33,837 nucleotides of DNA from positions 1 to 33,837 of IMG/VR virus record IMGVR_UViG_3300049136_000130; one strand, written 5' to 3'. The position numbers and the translations under genes were made by a program. The stretch comes from a virus (taxonomy: Duplodnaviria; Caudoviricetes). The notes below the pieces were generated by a model. It was not told the origin of the DNA, searched no databases, and worked only from the letters and a program-made list of their open reading frames with translations. Shown in pieces: positions 33,481 to 33,837 of this stretch. Position 1 is the first letter of the stretch; each line of letters starts with the position of its first letter.

Positions 33481-33837
33481 ATGGGTGGAGCCGCAAGCCT
33501 ACAAGATACAGCCGTGACCCTTGGCGGGCTTCTCTTCCTCCTCGGGGGGCTCTTCACCGTCCTTAAAGCTCGCGACTGGCTCGATGCCAAGATGAAAGCC
33601 GAGGCTGATGCTGCCTGCCGTGAGGCGAGAGAGGCAATGGCATTGGCCAATGCGGCTCATGAGAAAGTTGCTCTGCTCCAGGCAGCTTTGACAGCCTACC
33701 GCGAGACGCAGGCTGAGCGGCTTGTCTCTAGGGAGGTCCTGCGAGAGGTTGAGGATCGGCTAACCGGCGCGATAGATCGCCTAGGGGATCGCTTCGATAC
33801 TCTCCTGCGGGAGGTTATCAAGCATCGGAAAGAATAG
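33481..33837 (+). CDS. Membrane-anchored coiled-coil lysis-region protein
   Basis: N-terminal TM, coiled coil, IDRLGDRFD. Confidence 0.65.
   Translation: MGGAASLQDTAVTLGGLLFLLGGLFTVLKARDWLDAKMKAEADAACREAREAMALANAAHEKVALLQAALTAYRETQAERLVSREVLREVEDRLTGAIDRLGDRFDTLLREVIKHRKE

Larger units (their letters stand above)
1..33837. mobile_element. Temperate siphovirus/prophage (HK97-type head, lambda-like non-contractile tail), immunity region to lysis genes; left arm and att sites not in window
   Basis: Canonical order repressor-cro-cII-replication-antiterminator-HNH-terS-terL-portal-protease-capsid-neck-tail-tape measure-tail tip-lysis. Confidence 0.97.

Noticed and set aside
1-33837. CRISPR array, IS element, integrase or att site
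   Set aside because: No spaced repeats, transposase or recombinase motifs found by eye

Overview
The whole window is a contiguous stretch of a temperate, lambdoid/HK97-like siphovirus (prophage) of a GC-rich alphaproteobacterium, probably Rhizobiales (inferred from GapR-, GcrA- and EcfG-like genes). Left to right it holds: an immunity region (CI-like repressor, three 16-bp operators, Cro-like and CII-like genes); an early/replication block (GapR, nuclease, DnaB, DUF1376 initiator, ECF sigma, GcrA-like, NusG-like antiterminator); a moron cluster at 8.1-9.7 kb; HNH/cos/terminase/portal/ClpP/capsid; neck and tail genes with a -1 frameshift chaperone; tail tip, fibre and SGNH esterase; and a lysis cassette. 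No integrase, att site or host DNA is visible. The most unusual signal is a 72-nt, CCA-ending tRNA-shaped element at 9011-9082. It has a candidate promoter, an alphaproteobacterial tmRNA-like T-loop and no D-stem or anticodon loop, and it lies between a HEPN-motif moron and a HIRAN moron. All assignments come from motif recognition and synteny by eye; no searches were run.
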